64,000 bases of DNA from an uncultured Chloroflexia bacterium (GTDB lineage: Bacteria; Chloroflexota; Limnocylindria; Limnocylindrales; CSP1-4), in the NCBI GenBank assembly GCA_963763775.1, contig CAVXPZ010000003.1, positions 384,001 to 448,000 of the forward strand, written 5' to 3'. A model generated the notes under the pieces. It was not told the origin of the DNA. It saw nothing but the letters and a program-made list of their open reading frames with translations, and did no database searches. The translations under genes and the position numbers were made by a program. This document shows positions 27,390 through 36,490 of this stretch, piece by piece; position 1 is the stretch's first letter, and the number at the start of each line of letters is the position of its first letter.

Positions 27390-27399
27390 AGGGACAACC

Positions 27400-27930
27400 T
27401 TACCAGTCATCGCGCACTCGGGGCGATGGCCCGTTGGTCCTACGACGCGGGCGGGCTCGCGGTGCCGTCCCGGCACATCCGGCGCAGAGCCCGGTGATCG
27501 TGATGTGCGAGCGGTCCACCGAGAAGGACCGCCCCGCGTCGAGCATCGACACGATCGCGTCGGCCTCGCCCGGCTGGATCTCCCACGAGCCGCCACAGGC
27601 GTGGCAGTGGAGATGCCCGTGCTCATCGGTCGGGAGGACGTGGTACTCCTCGCGGCCGTCGATGCCGTGGTGGTGGCTGACGTACCCGAGGTCTTCGAGG
27701 ACGTCGAGCGTCCGATAGACCGTCGATGGCGTCGTGGTCGGGTCCAGCTCGCGGCAGCGCTCGACGAGATCACTGCCGGTCACGTGGCCGTCGACCTGGC
27801 TCAGGACGTCCACGAGCGTCCGCCGCTGCGGTGTCCAGCGAAGCCCTTCGGCGTGCAGTCGCTCACGGACACCCGGCCATCCAGGCGACGCGGCGGCGTC
27901 CTTCGACCCGGCCGTCGTGGATCCGGGCAC
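27400..27930 (-). CDS. Fur family transcriptional regulator (Nur/Zur-like)
   Basis: GLRWTPQRR, STVYRTLDVLEDLG, HGHLHCHACG, GLCAGC. Confidence 0.92.
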   Translation of the reverse strand: MPGSTTAGSKDAAASPGWPGVRERLHAEGLRWTPQRRTLVDVLSQVDGHVTGSDLVERCRELDPTTTPSTVYRTLDVLEDLGYVSHHHGIDGREEYHVLPTDEHGHLHCHACGGSWEIQPGEADAIVSMLDAGRSFSVDRSHITITGLCAGCAGTAPRARPRRRTNGPSPRVRDDW

Positions 27931-27932
27931 GG

Positions 27933-28892
27933 TCAGAACGGCAGGATCGAGCCGAGGTCCGGCAGGACGCCGTCGAGCCCGAAGAGGAAGACGGCGCCGA
28001 TGATGAGGCTGAAGCAGCCGGCGACGGCGCCGATCCCGACGTAGATCCGCTCGCGCGTCTGGCTCGCGACGAACCCGACCGAGCTGATCATCACGATCGC
28101 GAAGTTCGAGAGCAGCAGGCCGATGACGAACGCGAAGAGCATCGGCACCCCGAGCCCGGCACTCGCCGCACCGCCGACCGCGGCGATGAGGAGCACCTGC
28201 GTGCCGGTCTCCGCGCCGATCCCGTGGATCATGCCGACGCCGAAGGCCGTCCTCGTCCCGTACGAGCTCATCTCGAGCGGCTCGACGTGCTCGTGGCCGT
28301 GGAGCCGCGCCTGGAGATGGCGCCAGCCGAGCCGCATGCCGTCGAACACGAGCATCCACCGGCTCCGGATCCGGAACGACTCGCCGGCCCGTGCGTAGCG
28401 GTACACCGAGTAGAGCACCCAGACCCCGAGCAGGACCAGTGTCAGGCCGACGATCCGACCCATGATCGGGTCGAGCCAGTCGGGGAGGAGCGCGCCGAAC
28501 GCCAGCGCGGCGAGGCCCAACGCGATGACGACGGCCCCGTGTCCGAGGGCGTACAGCGTGCCGAGGCGGATCGCCTCGACCTGCTCGCCGGAGAGGAGTC
28601 TCGGGCGGGACCGCGTGATCATCATCGCGGGGGCGAGCGTCGCCGCGCCCGGGCCGGCGTCGTGGGCCCGCTTCTCGGTGGTGCCGCCGTGGACGTGGTG
28701 GTCGCCGGTGACGTCGCGGTGCTGCTCCTGGTGGGCCGCCTCGGCGACGCCGGCGGCCGCGGCCGTGCTCGTGATGTCGGTGATCGCGGCGATATGGTCC
28801 CAGTCGATCCCGTGGCGGATGCCCAGGAGCAAGCCGGTCACGAGGATGCCGACCGCCGCCGGGTCCAGCATGATCTGCCCGCCGATATCCAC
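27933..28892 (-). CDS. NiCoT (HoxN/HupN/NixA)-like nickel/cobalt transporter
   Basis: GIRHGIDWDHIAAI signature, YALGHG, GMIHGIG, His-rich loop; SD GGAGG. Confidence 0.8.
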   Translation of the reverse strand: MDIGGQIMLDPAAVGILVTGLLLGIRHGIDWDHIAAITDITSTAAAAGVAEAAHQEQHRDVTGDHHVHGGTTEKRAHDAGPGAATLAPAMMITRSRPRLLSGEQVEAIRLGTLYALGHGAVVIALGLAALAFGALLPDWLDPIMGRIVGLTLVLLGVWVLYSVYRYARAGESFRIRSRWMLVFDGMRLGWRHLQARLHGHEHVEPLEMSSYGTRTAFGVGMIHGIGAETGTQVLLIAAVGGAASAGLGVPMLFAFVIGLLLSNFAIVMISSVGFVASQTRERIYVGIGAVAGCFSLIIGAVFLFGLDGVLPDLGSILPF

Positions 28893-29094
28893 CACTCGCA
28901 CCTCCGCTGGTCGCCCTCAGGGTACCGGCGACCGCTCGTTGTTGCAACACGTCGCAGTTACGCCCCCGGCCCGCTGGACTCGTCCACCTGGTGATACGAA
29001 CGGCCACGCCGAGCGGATGCATCGCGGCGGGATGCTGGCGGAACGCCCGGGTCGGTGATAGCATCCCCGGTCCGAACCGGTGTTCGGCACCTGT

Positions 29095-29470
29095 GGGGAT
29101 GTGTGGTTTCGACAGGGCTTGGCTACCGGGGAACGCGAGCCGAGGATGCTGCTCAGGCCTCGTTAATCAGGCAGCAAAACGAAGTACCTGGCAACCGCCA
29201 GTCGACTCTCGCCCTCGCTGCTTAGGCAGTAAGGTGAGCGTGGAAGCGACCTCCGCCTCGCGGGTCGTGGAAGCGTCACTCAGCGAGGCTGCGATCCGGA
29301 CCAGCGTCACGTAGTCCGGAGTCAAGCCCGATCTAGGGGCACGTGACTGGACCGCCCGGCAGAGTGCCGATGCCCGTCCGGGCGGTCGACGACAAACCAT
29401 CGGACACGCTCGTAGTGGTCTCCGGCGAAGGGTCCTGGACGGGGAGTTCGACTCTCCCCCATCTCCACCA
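29095..29470 (+). ncRNA. ssrA: tmRNA
   Basis: 5' GGGGATG..GGTTTCGAC, 3' GTTCGACT..CATCTCCACCA with G3-U pair; tag frame 29190-29225 (A)GNRQSTLALAA*. Confidence 0.95.
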
Positions 29471-29516
29471 AACACTCCGGCCGGGCGATCCGGTCGGCAG
29501 GTGGTGGCCGCTCCGA

Positions 29517-29824
29517 TCAGACCGGCGGCGGGTCCTTGAGCTCCACGCCGATGACGACGAGGTCGTCCGACCCGGTGTTCTCGATGGTGTGCCGGGGCGT
29601 CCCCTCGGAGAACATTACGTGCGGCATGACCCAGTCCGGATCCGCGCTCGTGTCGAACATCGTCGCCCCGGTGTCGTCGCGGCGCACGAACCGCGACCCG
29701 GAGATATCGGCGTGGTGTCGCCCGCGCGGATCGTCGTCTCCAGGACGCGCACTCGTTCATTCTCGAACAGCACCCTGTGGTGGTCCGGCGCGGCCATCGG
29801 CCCGTCCTGGTCATCGGGTGGCAT
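29517..29824 (-). pseudogene. Cupin-domain protein, frameshifted with apparent internal deletion
   Basis: HHRVLFENERVRVLE..AGDTTP continues in another frame as ISGSRFVRRD..HTIENTG..VIGVELK; the HxH motif expected between them is absent. Confidence 0.6.
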
Positions 29825-29886
29825 CGGTGGTGCTCCTTCGTGACGTCCGTCGCAGCGGCCCCGGGAGAGCCTAGCGGGGTGCCCCC

Positions 29887-30693
29887 TCAGAGGTGCCGCA
29901 GGTAGGACTCGGGATCGCGCAGGAAATCGCGGGTCAGCGTGACGTGTTCGAGGTCCTCGTACGCGACTCGGGCGAGCGGCGCGGCATCGAAGCTCCAGAT
30001 CGCGGCGTCCGGGAAGGCGAGCAGGATCGGCGAATGGGTCGCCATCACCACCTGCACGTCTTGGGCGACCATGGCCTTGAGCAGGGAGAGGAACGACAGC
30101 TGCCGCGCCGGCGACAGCGGTGCCTCGGGTTCGTCGAGGAAGTAGATCCCGCCCGGGACGAGCCGCTCCTGGAAGAAGTGCAGGAAGCTCTCGCCGTGCG
30201 AACGGGTGTCGAGCCCGTCGCCATACCGCTCACGAAGCGCGGCGAGCTCGCGAAGCATCGGGCTGCGGGCGAGCGACCGCGCGTAGTCGGACGCATCGGC
30301 GAACTCCACGTCGACACGGCGGAGCTCCGCCTCGAGCCCGGCACGCGTCTCGTCCATCCGCTTCGCGTACCCGAAGAAGTCCTCCGCGCGAAGGAAGAAC
30401 CCACGGCTCGGCCGCTTCGCCCACGTCAGGCGGAGATCCGCCGCGAGGGCACGAGCCCCCGACAGGCTGGCGTCCGAGGCGGCCTCCGCGCTCCCGGCGG
30501 TGATGGCCCGGGCCGCGACGGCGAGCGCCTCGAGCAGCGTGGACTTCCCCGAGCCGTTCTCCCCCACGAGGATGGTGACCGGCGCCTCGAACGCGAGCTC
30601 GCGGACGCCGCGCAGTGCCGGGAGGTCGAACGGGAAGACCGTCGGCTCGTCGACGGCGCGAGCCCGGATCGCGACGCGGCGAAGGTGGATCAC
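29887..30693 (-). CDS. Predicted ABC-type/AAA ATPase (COG3910-like)
   Basis: GENGSGKSTLLEA, RSHGESF, LDEPEAPLSP, ATHSPILL. Confidence 0.88.
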   Translation of the reverse strand: MIHLRRVAIRARAVDEPTVFPFDLPALRGVRELAFEAPVTILVGENGSGKSTLLEALAVAARAITAGSAEAASDASLSGARALAADLRLTWAKRPSRGFFLRAEDFFGYAKRMDETRAGLEAELRRVDVEFADASDYARSLARSPMLRELAALRERYGDGLDTRSHGESFLHFFQERLVPGGIYFLDEPEAPLSPARQLSFLSLLKAMVAQDVQVVMATHSPILLAFPDAAIWSFDAAPLARVAYEDLEHVTLTRDFLRDPESYLRHL

Positions 30694-30809
30694 GTGCCGA
30701 TGGTGCCGCATCTCGGGTATCGTGGGGCGGCCCACTCCACCAACCCCACGTCGTTCTGGCACGGACCCGCGCCAGTCCTGCGCAACACCCCCGAGCATCG
30801 GGAGGAGCC

Positions 30810-32564
30810 ATGGACCACGAGCCCGTTCTCATCACGACCATCGCGGTCGGCCTCGTGGCCGCCTTCATCGGCGGTCTCATCGCGCGGCGCCTCGGGCTCC
30901 CGTCGATCGTCGGCTACATCCTCGCCGGCGTCGTCATCGGGCCGTTCACGCCGGGGCTGATCGCCGACCGCGGGATCGCCACCGAGCTCGCCGAGATCGG
31001 GATCATCCTCCTGATGTTCGGCGTGGGCATCGAGTTCTCGATCAAGGACCTCCTCGCCGTCCGCGCGATCGCCGTCCCCGGGGCCGTCGTCCAGACGGTC
31101 GTGGCGACGCTGCTCGGGATCGGCGTCGGCGTCGCCCTCGGCTGGGGGATCGGCGGCGGGCTCGTCCTGGGGATCGCGATCTCGGTCGCGAGCACCGTCG
31201 TCCTCCTGCGGGCGATGACCGATCGCCAGGAGCTCTACACCGCACAGGGTCGTATCGCGATCGGCTGGCTCATCGTCGAGGACCTCATGACCGTGGTGGT
31301 CCTCGTCGTGCTGCCCAGCATCGCGCCGATGCTCGGCGGCATCGAGTCTCCGACGGTCGCCGGCGACCTGGGCCTCGGTGCGGCCGGCGCGCTGCTGCTC
31401 GCGATCGGCAAGACCGCCCTCTTCGCGATCCTCATGGTCGTCGCGGGCGCCCGTCTCGTGCCGTGGCTGCTCACGTTCGTCGCCCGGCAGGGATCGCGCG
31501 AGCTGTTCACGCTCGCGGTCCTCGCGATCGCGCTCGGGATCGCGTTCGTCTCATCGGTCGTCTTCGGCGTGTCGTTCGCGCTCGGGGCATTCCTCGCGGG
31601 CGCTGTCGTCGCGGAGTCGGACATGAGCCACCAGGCGGCCGCCGACGCCCTGCCGCTCCGGGACGCGTTCGCCGTGCTGTTCTTCGTCTCGGTCGGGATG
31701 CTCGTGGACCCGGCGTACCTGCTCGCCAACCCGCTGCCGATCGTCGGCGTGCTCCTGGTGATCGTCGTCTCGAAGGCGTTGCTCAAGTTCGTGCTCGTCA
31801 CGATCGCCGGCTACCCGGTCCGGGTGAGCCTCACGGTCGCCGCCGGGCTCGCCCAGATCGGCGAGTTCTCGTTCATCCTCGGCACCGTCGGGCTCCAGCT
31901 CGGGCTCTTGCCGCCCGACGGCTTCCAGCTCATCGTGGCGGGCGCCCTGCTGTCCATCACCGTCAACCCGTTCCTGTTCGACGCGATCGGGCCGCTCGAG
32001 GCGCGGCTGCGCGGGGCCGCGTGGCTGAACCGGTGGCTGGCGTGGCGGGCCGGCGACCTCGCGGTCCTGACGCCGAGCGCCGACGAGATGGGGCTGCGCG
32101 GCCACGCCATCCTGTGCGGGTTCGGACGCGTGGGTCGGATGGTCGGGCCCGCGCTCGACCGGCGCGGGTTCACGTACGTGGTCATCACGCTCCAGCGCCA
32201 GGAGGTGGAGCAGCTCCGCGCCCGCGGCATCCCGGCCATCTACGGCGACGCGTCGAACCTCGAGATCCTCGAGCGCGCGCATGTGGGCTCAGCGCGGCTC
32301 CTCATCGTGGCGAGCTCCGACGCGCAGGCGTCCTTCCTCATCGTGCAACGGTCCGTGGCGGCCAATCCCGGGATCGACGTCGTCGTCCGGACGCACAGCG
32401 ACGACGAGGCGGGCCAGCTCCGCGCGCTCGGCCCGAAGGTGCGGGCGATCCATGGCGAGCGAGAACTCGGCGTCCAGATGGCGCGCTACTCCCTGCGCCG
32501 GTTCGGGGTGCCGACCACCGAGGCCGAGGCGATCGCGCAGGGCCTGCGTCAGCGCGGAGGCTGA
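30810..32564 (+). CDS. CPA2 cation:proton antiporter with TrkA-N domain (YbaL/Kef-like)
   Basis: GYILAGVVIGPFTPG, ASTVVLLR, GWLIVEDL, LRDAFAVLFFVSVGM, CGFGRVG; SD GGAGGAG. Confidence 0.92.
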   Translation: MDHEPVLITTIAVGLVAAFIGGLIARRLGLPSIVGYILAGVVIGPFTPGLIADRGIATELAEIGIILLMFGVGIEFSIKDLLAVRAIAVPGAVVQTVVATLLGIGVGVALGWGIGGGLVLGIAISVASTVVLLRAMTDRQELYTAQGRIAIGWLIVEDLMTVVVLVVLPSIAPMLGGIESPTVAGDLGLGAAGALLLAIGKTALFAILMVVAGARLVPWLLTFVARQGSRELFTLAVLAIALGIAFVSSVVFGVSFALGAFLAGAVVAESDMSHQAAADALPLRDAFAVLFFVSVGMLVDPAYLLANPLPIVGVLLVIVVSKALLKFVLVTIAGYPVRVSLTVAAGLAQIGEFSFILGTVGLQLGLLPPDGFQLIVAGALLSITVNPFLFDAIGPLEARLRGAAWLNRWLAWRAGDLAVLTPSADEMGLRGHAILCGFGRVGRMVGPALDRRGFTYVVITLQRQEVEQLRARGIPAIYGDASNLEILERAHVGSARLLIVASSDAQASFLIVQRSVAANPGIDVVVRTHSDDEAGQLRALGPKVRAIHGERELGVQMARYSLRRFGVPTTEAEAIAQGLRQRGG

Positions 32565-32669
32565 CGCCCGACGACGGACGTCGTCGGGCCTATCCGATGC
32601 GGACGATGCCGGGATCCACGACACCGCCCGGACGAGCCGGGCGGCGACAGTGGCGCGGGTGGGCTGGGG

Positions 32670-33707
32670 CTAGGCGCCCGCTCGCGGGACGAGGACGACG
32701 CGGCGGTTCGGCTCCTCGCCGATGCTCTGGGTCGCGACGTCCGGGTTGTCCCGCAGGGTCAGGTGGATCCAACGGCGCTCGAGCGCGGGCATGGGCTCCA
32801 GCTGGAGCATCTTGCCGGTCTCGACCACGCGGGCAGCGGCACGCAGGGCCAGGTCGCGGAGCTGGCGCTCACGACGACCGCGGTAGTCCTCCACGTCGAC
32901 GAGCACGCGGGTCCACGCGCCCATCTCCTTGGAGAGCATCAGGTTCACGAGGTGCTGGAGCGCCGAGAGACGCTCGCCCTTGCGGCCGATGAGGGCCCCG
33001 AGCGCCTCGCGCTCGTCGCCGTCGCCGACCACGTTGAGCCGGCTCGTCTCGCCCGCGGCGACCTCGACCTTCACGTCGAAGCCGAGGTGCGTCATCAGGT
33101 GCTCGAGGATCGCCTTACCGGCGGCGAGCGCCTCGGGCGACGCCTCCGCGGCCTCGAGATCGGCCCGTTCCGCGGCGAGCGAACCGCGCGCGGCCGCGAC
33201 TTCCGCCGCCTCGGACGCGGTCAGGCCGCCGGCCGGCTCGCGGCGCGGGGGTCGGTCGTCGCGACGGGGCCCTCGGTCGTCGCGACGCGGGGGACGGTCT
33301 TCACGAGGCGCCTGGTCCTGGCGGGGCGCCTGGTCCTGGCGGGGAGGCCGATCCTCGCGCGGTCGGTCGTCCGACCGAGGTCGGTCGTCATGGCGCGGAG
33401 GCCGGTCGTCGCGCCGGGGCGCTCGGTCGTCGCGGCGGGGCGGGCGGTCGCGGTCCTCACGGTCACGGGGCGGCGCAGCCGGCAGCGGCACGGAGGCGGC
33501 CGCCTCCCGCTTGGGCGCGGCGCCACCAAGGGCGGCGCGGGGCGCGGCGACGATCCGGGCGGGCTCGGCGCCCATCCCCAGGACCCCGCGGCTGCCGGGG
33601 GTCAGGATCTCGAAGTCGAGGTCCTCGAGACCGGCTCCGAAATCCTCGCGGGCGAGGCGGAGGGCTTCCTCCACGGTCTTGCCCGAGAACTCCTTGTAGG
33701 CACTCAT
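32670..33707 (-). CDS. jag: RNA-binding protein Jag/EloR/KhpB
   Basis: GKTVEEA N-terminal Jag domain, LIGRKGERL KH, ERRWIH R3H; downstream of yidC. Confidence 0.93.
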   Translation of the reverse strand: MSAYKEFSGKTVEEALRLAREDFGAGLEDLDFEILTPGSRGVLGMGAEPARIVAAPRAALGGAAPKREAAASVPLPAAPPRDREDRDRPPRRDDRAPRRDDRPPRHDDRPRSDDRPREDRPPRQDQAPRQDQAPREDRPPRRDDRGPRRDDRPPRREPAGGLTASEAAEVAAARGSLAAERADLEAAEASPEALAAGKAILEHLMTHLGFDVKVEVAAGETSRLNVVGDGDEREALGALIGRKGERLSALQHLVNLMLSKEMGAWTRVLVDVEDYRGRRERQLRDLALRAAARVVETGKMLQLEPMPALERRWIHLTLRDNPDVATQSIGEEPNRRVVLVPRAGA

Positions 33708-33708
33708 G

Positions 33709-34893
33709 TCAGCGTCGTCTCCCTCGTCGGCCCTGACGGCCCCGCTCCTTGGGGCGGATCGTCTTGGTGGCCGTCGTCTTCTTGTCGGCGTCTGTCAGGA
33801 TCGCCGCGCGTTTGCCGGGCTCTGGTGGCGGTGGCATCTGGACGGGGAATCGGGGCGTATGGCCCACGGCGAACGATGGCGTCCAGCCGAAGATCGGGAA
33901 CATGCCGCCCCAGCCCACGATCAGGTATTGCTGGACGATCCCGAAGATCGTCGCCGTGATCCAGTAGAAGAACAGGCCGGCCGGCAGGAAGCCGCCGTAC
34001 ACGATCGAGATCAGGGGCAGGAAGAGCATCGTCTGCCGCTGGATCTTGGTATTGGGGTCGTCCTCGCCGGACACGACCGGGAGCATCATCCGCGACTGCA
34101 CGAGCTGCAGCAGTGCCGAGATGATGGCCAGGATGCTGATCCCGAAGCCGGCGATCGCGAAGATCGTCGAGGGCGCCCCGACGTTGATCGAATGTCCGCC
34201 GGGCAGCGGGATGATCGTGTTGATGCACGCGCCGAGGGCCGCGTCGGGCACCCCGGTGGCGGGGTTGATGTTGACGCAGGCCAGCGGCACGACCTGGTGG
34301 CCGAAGACCACCAGCATCGCCGTCGGGTTGACGTTGGTCAGCCCGTTCGAGATGACCGAGTACATGATGAACAGGAGCGGCATCTGGAGGAGGAGCGGGA
34401 AGCACCCCGAAAGCGGGTTGATGCCGCGCTCCTTGAAGAGCTCCTGCTGTGCGACCCGGGCCTTCACCGAGTCGCCCTTGTACCGCTTCTGGATCTCCTT
34501 GATCTCGGGCTGGAGCAGCTGCATCCGTCGCTGCGAGGTGAGCTGCTTGCGCACGAGAGGGATCACCGCGCTTCGGACGATGATCGTCAGCATGACGATG
34601 GCGAGGCCGATCGCCGCCGGCAGGCTCAACGCGGTGAACAGGTCGTAGAAGGCGACCAGGACGATGAACATCACCTGGAAGATCGGCGTGAAGAGCCACG
34701 CGATCGTGCTGACGGGGTCCGTCCCGGGCGTCGCCGGCTCGAGCGGCGGGTGTGGGGTCGGTGACGGGGTCACGACGGGCGAGGCACCGGGCGACCCGGT
34801 TGCCAGGCCCTGGCACGCGACGAGGATGATCGGCACCACGACGAGCAGCAGGAGCGGCCCGAACGGGATTCCCCTGAGGCGGGAGCGAATCAC
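33709..34893 (-). CDS. yidC: Membrane protein insertase YidC
   Basis: LQPEIKEIQKRY, NPLSGCFPLLLQMP, PAGLFFYW; lipobox-like ILVAC. Confidence 0.93.
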   Translation of the reverse strand: MIRSRLRGIPFGPLLLLVVVPIILVACQGLATGSPGASPVVTPSPTPHPPLEPATPGTDPVSTIAWLFTPIFQVMFIVLVAFYDLFTALSLPAAIGLAIVMLTIIVRSAVIPLVRKQLTSQRRMQLLQPEIKEIQKRYKGDSVKARVAQQELFKERGINPLSGCFPLLLQMPLLFIMYSVISNGLTNVNPTAMLVVFGHQVVPLACVNINPATGVPDAALGACINTIIPLPGGHSINVGAPSTIFAIAGFGISILAIISALLQLVQSRMMLPVVSGEDDPNTKIQRQTMLFLPLISIVYGGFLPAGLFFYWITATIFGIVQQYLIVGWGGMFPIFGWTPSFAVGHTPRFPVQMPPPPEPGKRAAILTDADKKTTATKTIRPKERGRQGRRGRRR

Positions 34894-34908
34894 AGGCCGA
34901 ACGCCTCG

Positions 34909-35124
34909 CTAGCGGACCGGGTCATACCCACCCGGGTTCCAGGGGTGGCAGCGGGCGATCCGCTTCGCGCCCATCCAACTGCCCTTCAGGAGACCGTATT
35001 TCGTGATCGCCTGCTCCGTGTAGCGGGAGCAGGTGGGCTCGAACCGACAGCTCGACGGCAGCCAGAAGAACACGACCCGGTAGAGCCTGATGAGCCCGAC
35101 CCCGATGGCCTTGTCGATCCGCAT
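34909..35124 (-). CDS. yidD: Membrane protein insertion efficiency factor YidD
   Basis: [23 protein letters not shown]. Confidence 0.95.
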   Translation of the reverse strand: MRIDKAIGVGLIRLYRVVFFWLPSSCRFEPTCSRYTEQAITKYGLLKGSWMGAKRIARCHPWNPGGYDPVR

Positions 35125-35456
35125 CACGCGACTGGTCCTCCGAGCGCGCCGCCCTTGATCAGGATGCGGCGCAGAGCCCCGACCAGCACGTCGTGATCGA
35201 CTTCGACGATCGCCGGCCGGGCGATGATGAGGACGTCCCAGCCGGGCTGGAACGCGGGCGCCATCGCCCTGAGCGTCTCGCGGAGACGGCGCCGGACACG
35301 GTTCCGGATCACGGCGCCGCCGAGCTTGCGCCCGGTCGACAATCCGAAACGGGTCGTCTCGAGGTCCGTCCGCAGGAACCGGGCAGTGAACAGCGGGTGG
35401 GACTTGGTCGTCCCCGATCCCCCGATCGCCGCGAAGTCCTGCGGGCGAGAGAGCAT
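35124..35456 (-). CDS. rnpA: Ribonuclease P protein component
   Basis: [25 protein letters not shown] (RNR motif). Confidence 0.93.
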   Translation of the reverse strand: MLSRPQDFAAIGGSGTTKSHPLFTARFLRTDLETTRFGLSTGRKLGGAVIRNRVRRRLRETLRAMAPAFQPGWDVLIIARPAIVEVDHDVLVGALRRILIKGGALGGPVA

Positions 35457-35491
35457 CACGAGCCGCGGCGGGTTTGGGCCGCGCTCCGTCG

Positions 35492-35626
35492 TCAGGCCGT
35501 CAGCTTCTTTCGACCACGCGCGCGTCGGGCCGCCAGGACACGTCGACCCGCGGTCGTCTTCATCCGGGCGCGAAAGCCGTGCTCCTTGGCGCGATGGCGC
35601 TTCTTGGGCTGGTAGGTCTGCTTCAT
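35492..35626 (-). CDS. rpmH: 50S ribosomal protein L34
   Basis: [22 protein letters not shown]. Confidence 0.97.
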   Translation of the reverse strand: MKQTYQPKKRHRAKEHGFRARMKTTAGRRVLAARRARGRKKLTA

Positions 35627-35741
35627 GGGGCTTGGTCCGGGATCCTCTCCATCCGGCCTCGGGGCGGTGTCGGTTTCGACCCCTAGAGGCACGCAAACGC
35701 GCCCGGCGCCCGAAAGCGCGGAGCGCGTCGTCGTCCGGCGG

Positions 35742-35771
35742 ATGATACGGCCCGTTCGGAAGGGGTGTCAA
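35742..35771 (-). promoter_or_regulatory. sigma70 promoter of the rpmH operon
   Basis: TTGACA-N18-TATCAT on the minus strand. Confidence 0.65.
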
Positions 35772-35856
35772 TCGCGCGTGGGGACGCGCGGGCGGACCGG
35801 ACGCCGCGGTCGTCGTTCCGATCGCGTTTCGCGGCGGGGCGGGTCGCGGTGCGCGC

Positions 35857-36044
35857 AGGGGTGCCGTTCGGTTAGGACTCCCAGTCTTATGGTCTGCACT
35901 ATCAAGCTGATACGGCTTGCCCTCGGCCCCTTGGATGCATCCTGGCTGCATCGACCGGGTGGCGACGGGCGTCGGCGAGGGTCGTTGCCGCTCCGTAGCG
36001 GCGATCCTAAGACTGCCATTCCTATCCTGGTGCCGAAACGCCTT
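35857..36044 (-). ncRNA. Structured ncRNA, 6S RNA-like
   Basis: ~190 nt closed by a long imperfect stem (TAGGA..CAGTCTTA / TAAGACTG..TCCTA); 5' GCGTTTCGG and 3' CCGAACGGCAC resemble 6S terminal motifs; strand inferred. Confidence 0.5.
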
Positions 36045-36269
36045 GGGTCGGCCGGCCGGGTCGGCACGGCCCAGACTGGCGCCATGCGCTCAGGGGGACC
36101 GGCGTCGCGGGCGTGGTCCCGAGCGAGCCACCTGGGACGACGTGACCGGACCTCATCCGGTGCCGGCCGACGCTCGGTCCGAGCCTCGAACCGGCCACGG
36201 CACCGGGGCGGTATCGGTCCACGCCGGTGGTCACGCTCGGATACTCCCCAGGGGTATTGCAGGATCGCC

Positions 36270-36299
36270 TTGCGACGGCGCGACGGCCGGTGCTATCCT
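36270..36299 (+). promoter_or_regulatory. Putative dnaA promoter
   Basis: TTGCGA-N18-TATCCT with extended -10 TG. Confidence 0.5.
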
Positions 36300-36490
36300 C
36301 TCCGAGCCCTTCGGCGCCGGGACGCCAACGGGAGGCCCGGGAACCCCCAGGACATCCGGGACCCGGGAGCGCGTATCGCCCGGTCTGCCGAGGCCATTCG
36401 AGATCGCTCGCGTGCCCGCGGCCCCTCGCAGGTCCCTGGTCAAGGCTACCCATCAACCGTTCCCCGATAGCGACAGGTCCGATCGAACGA

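Noticed and set aside
32567-32588. Hairpin CCCGACGAC..GTCGTCGGG after the antiporter as an ncRNA
   Set aside because: Short GC hairpin between convergent genes; at most a terminator
29471-32669. Genomic island integrated at ssrA
   Set aside because: No integrase, no duplicated tmRNA 3' end and no compositional shift seen
33240-33475. Short repeats as a CRISPR array or VNTR element
   Set aside because: In-frame imperfect coding repeats inside jag; no spacers and no cas genes
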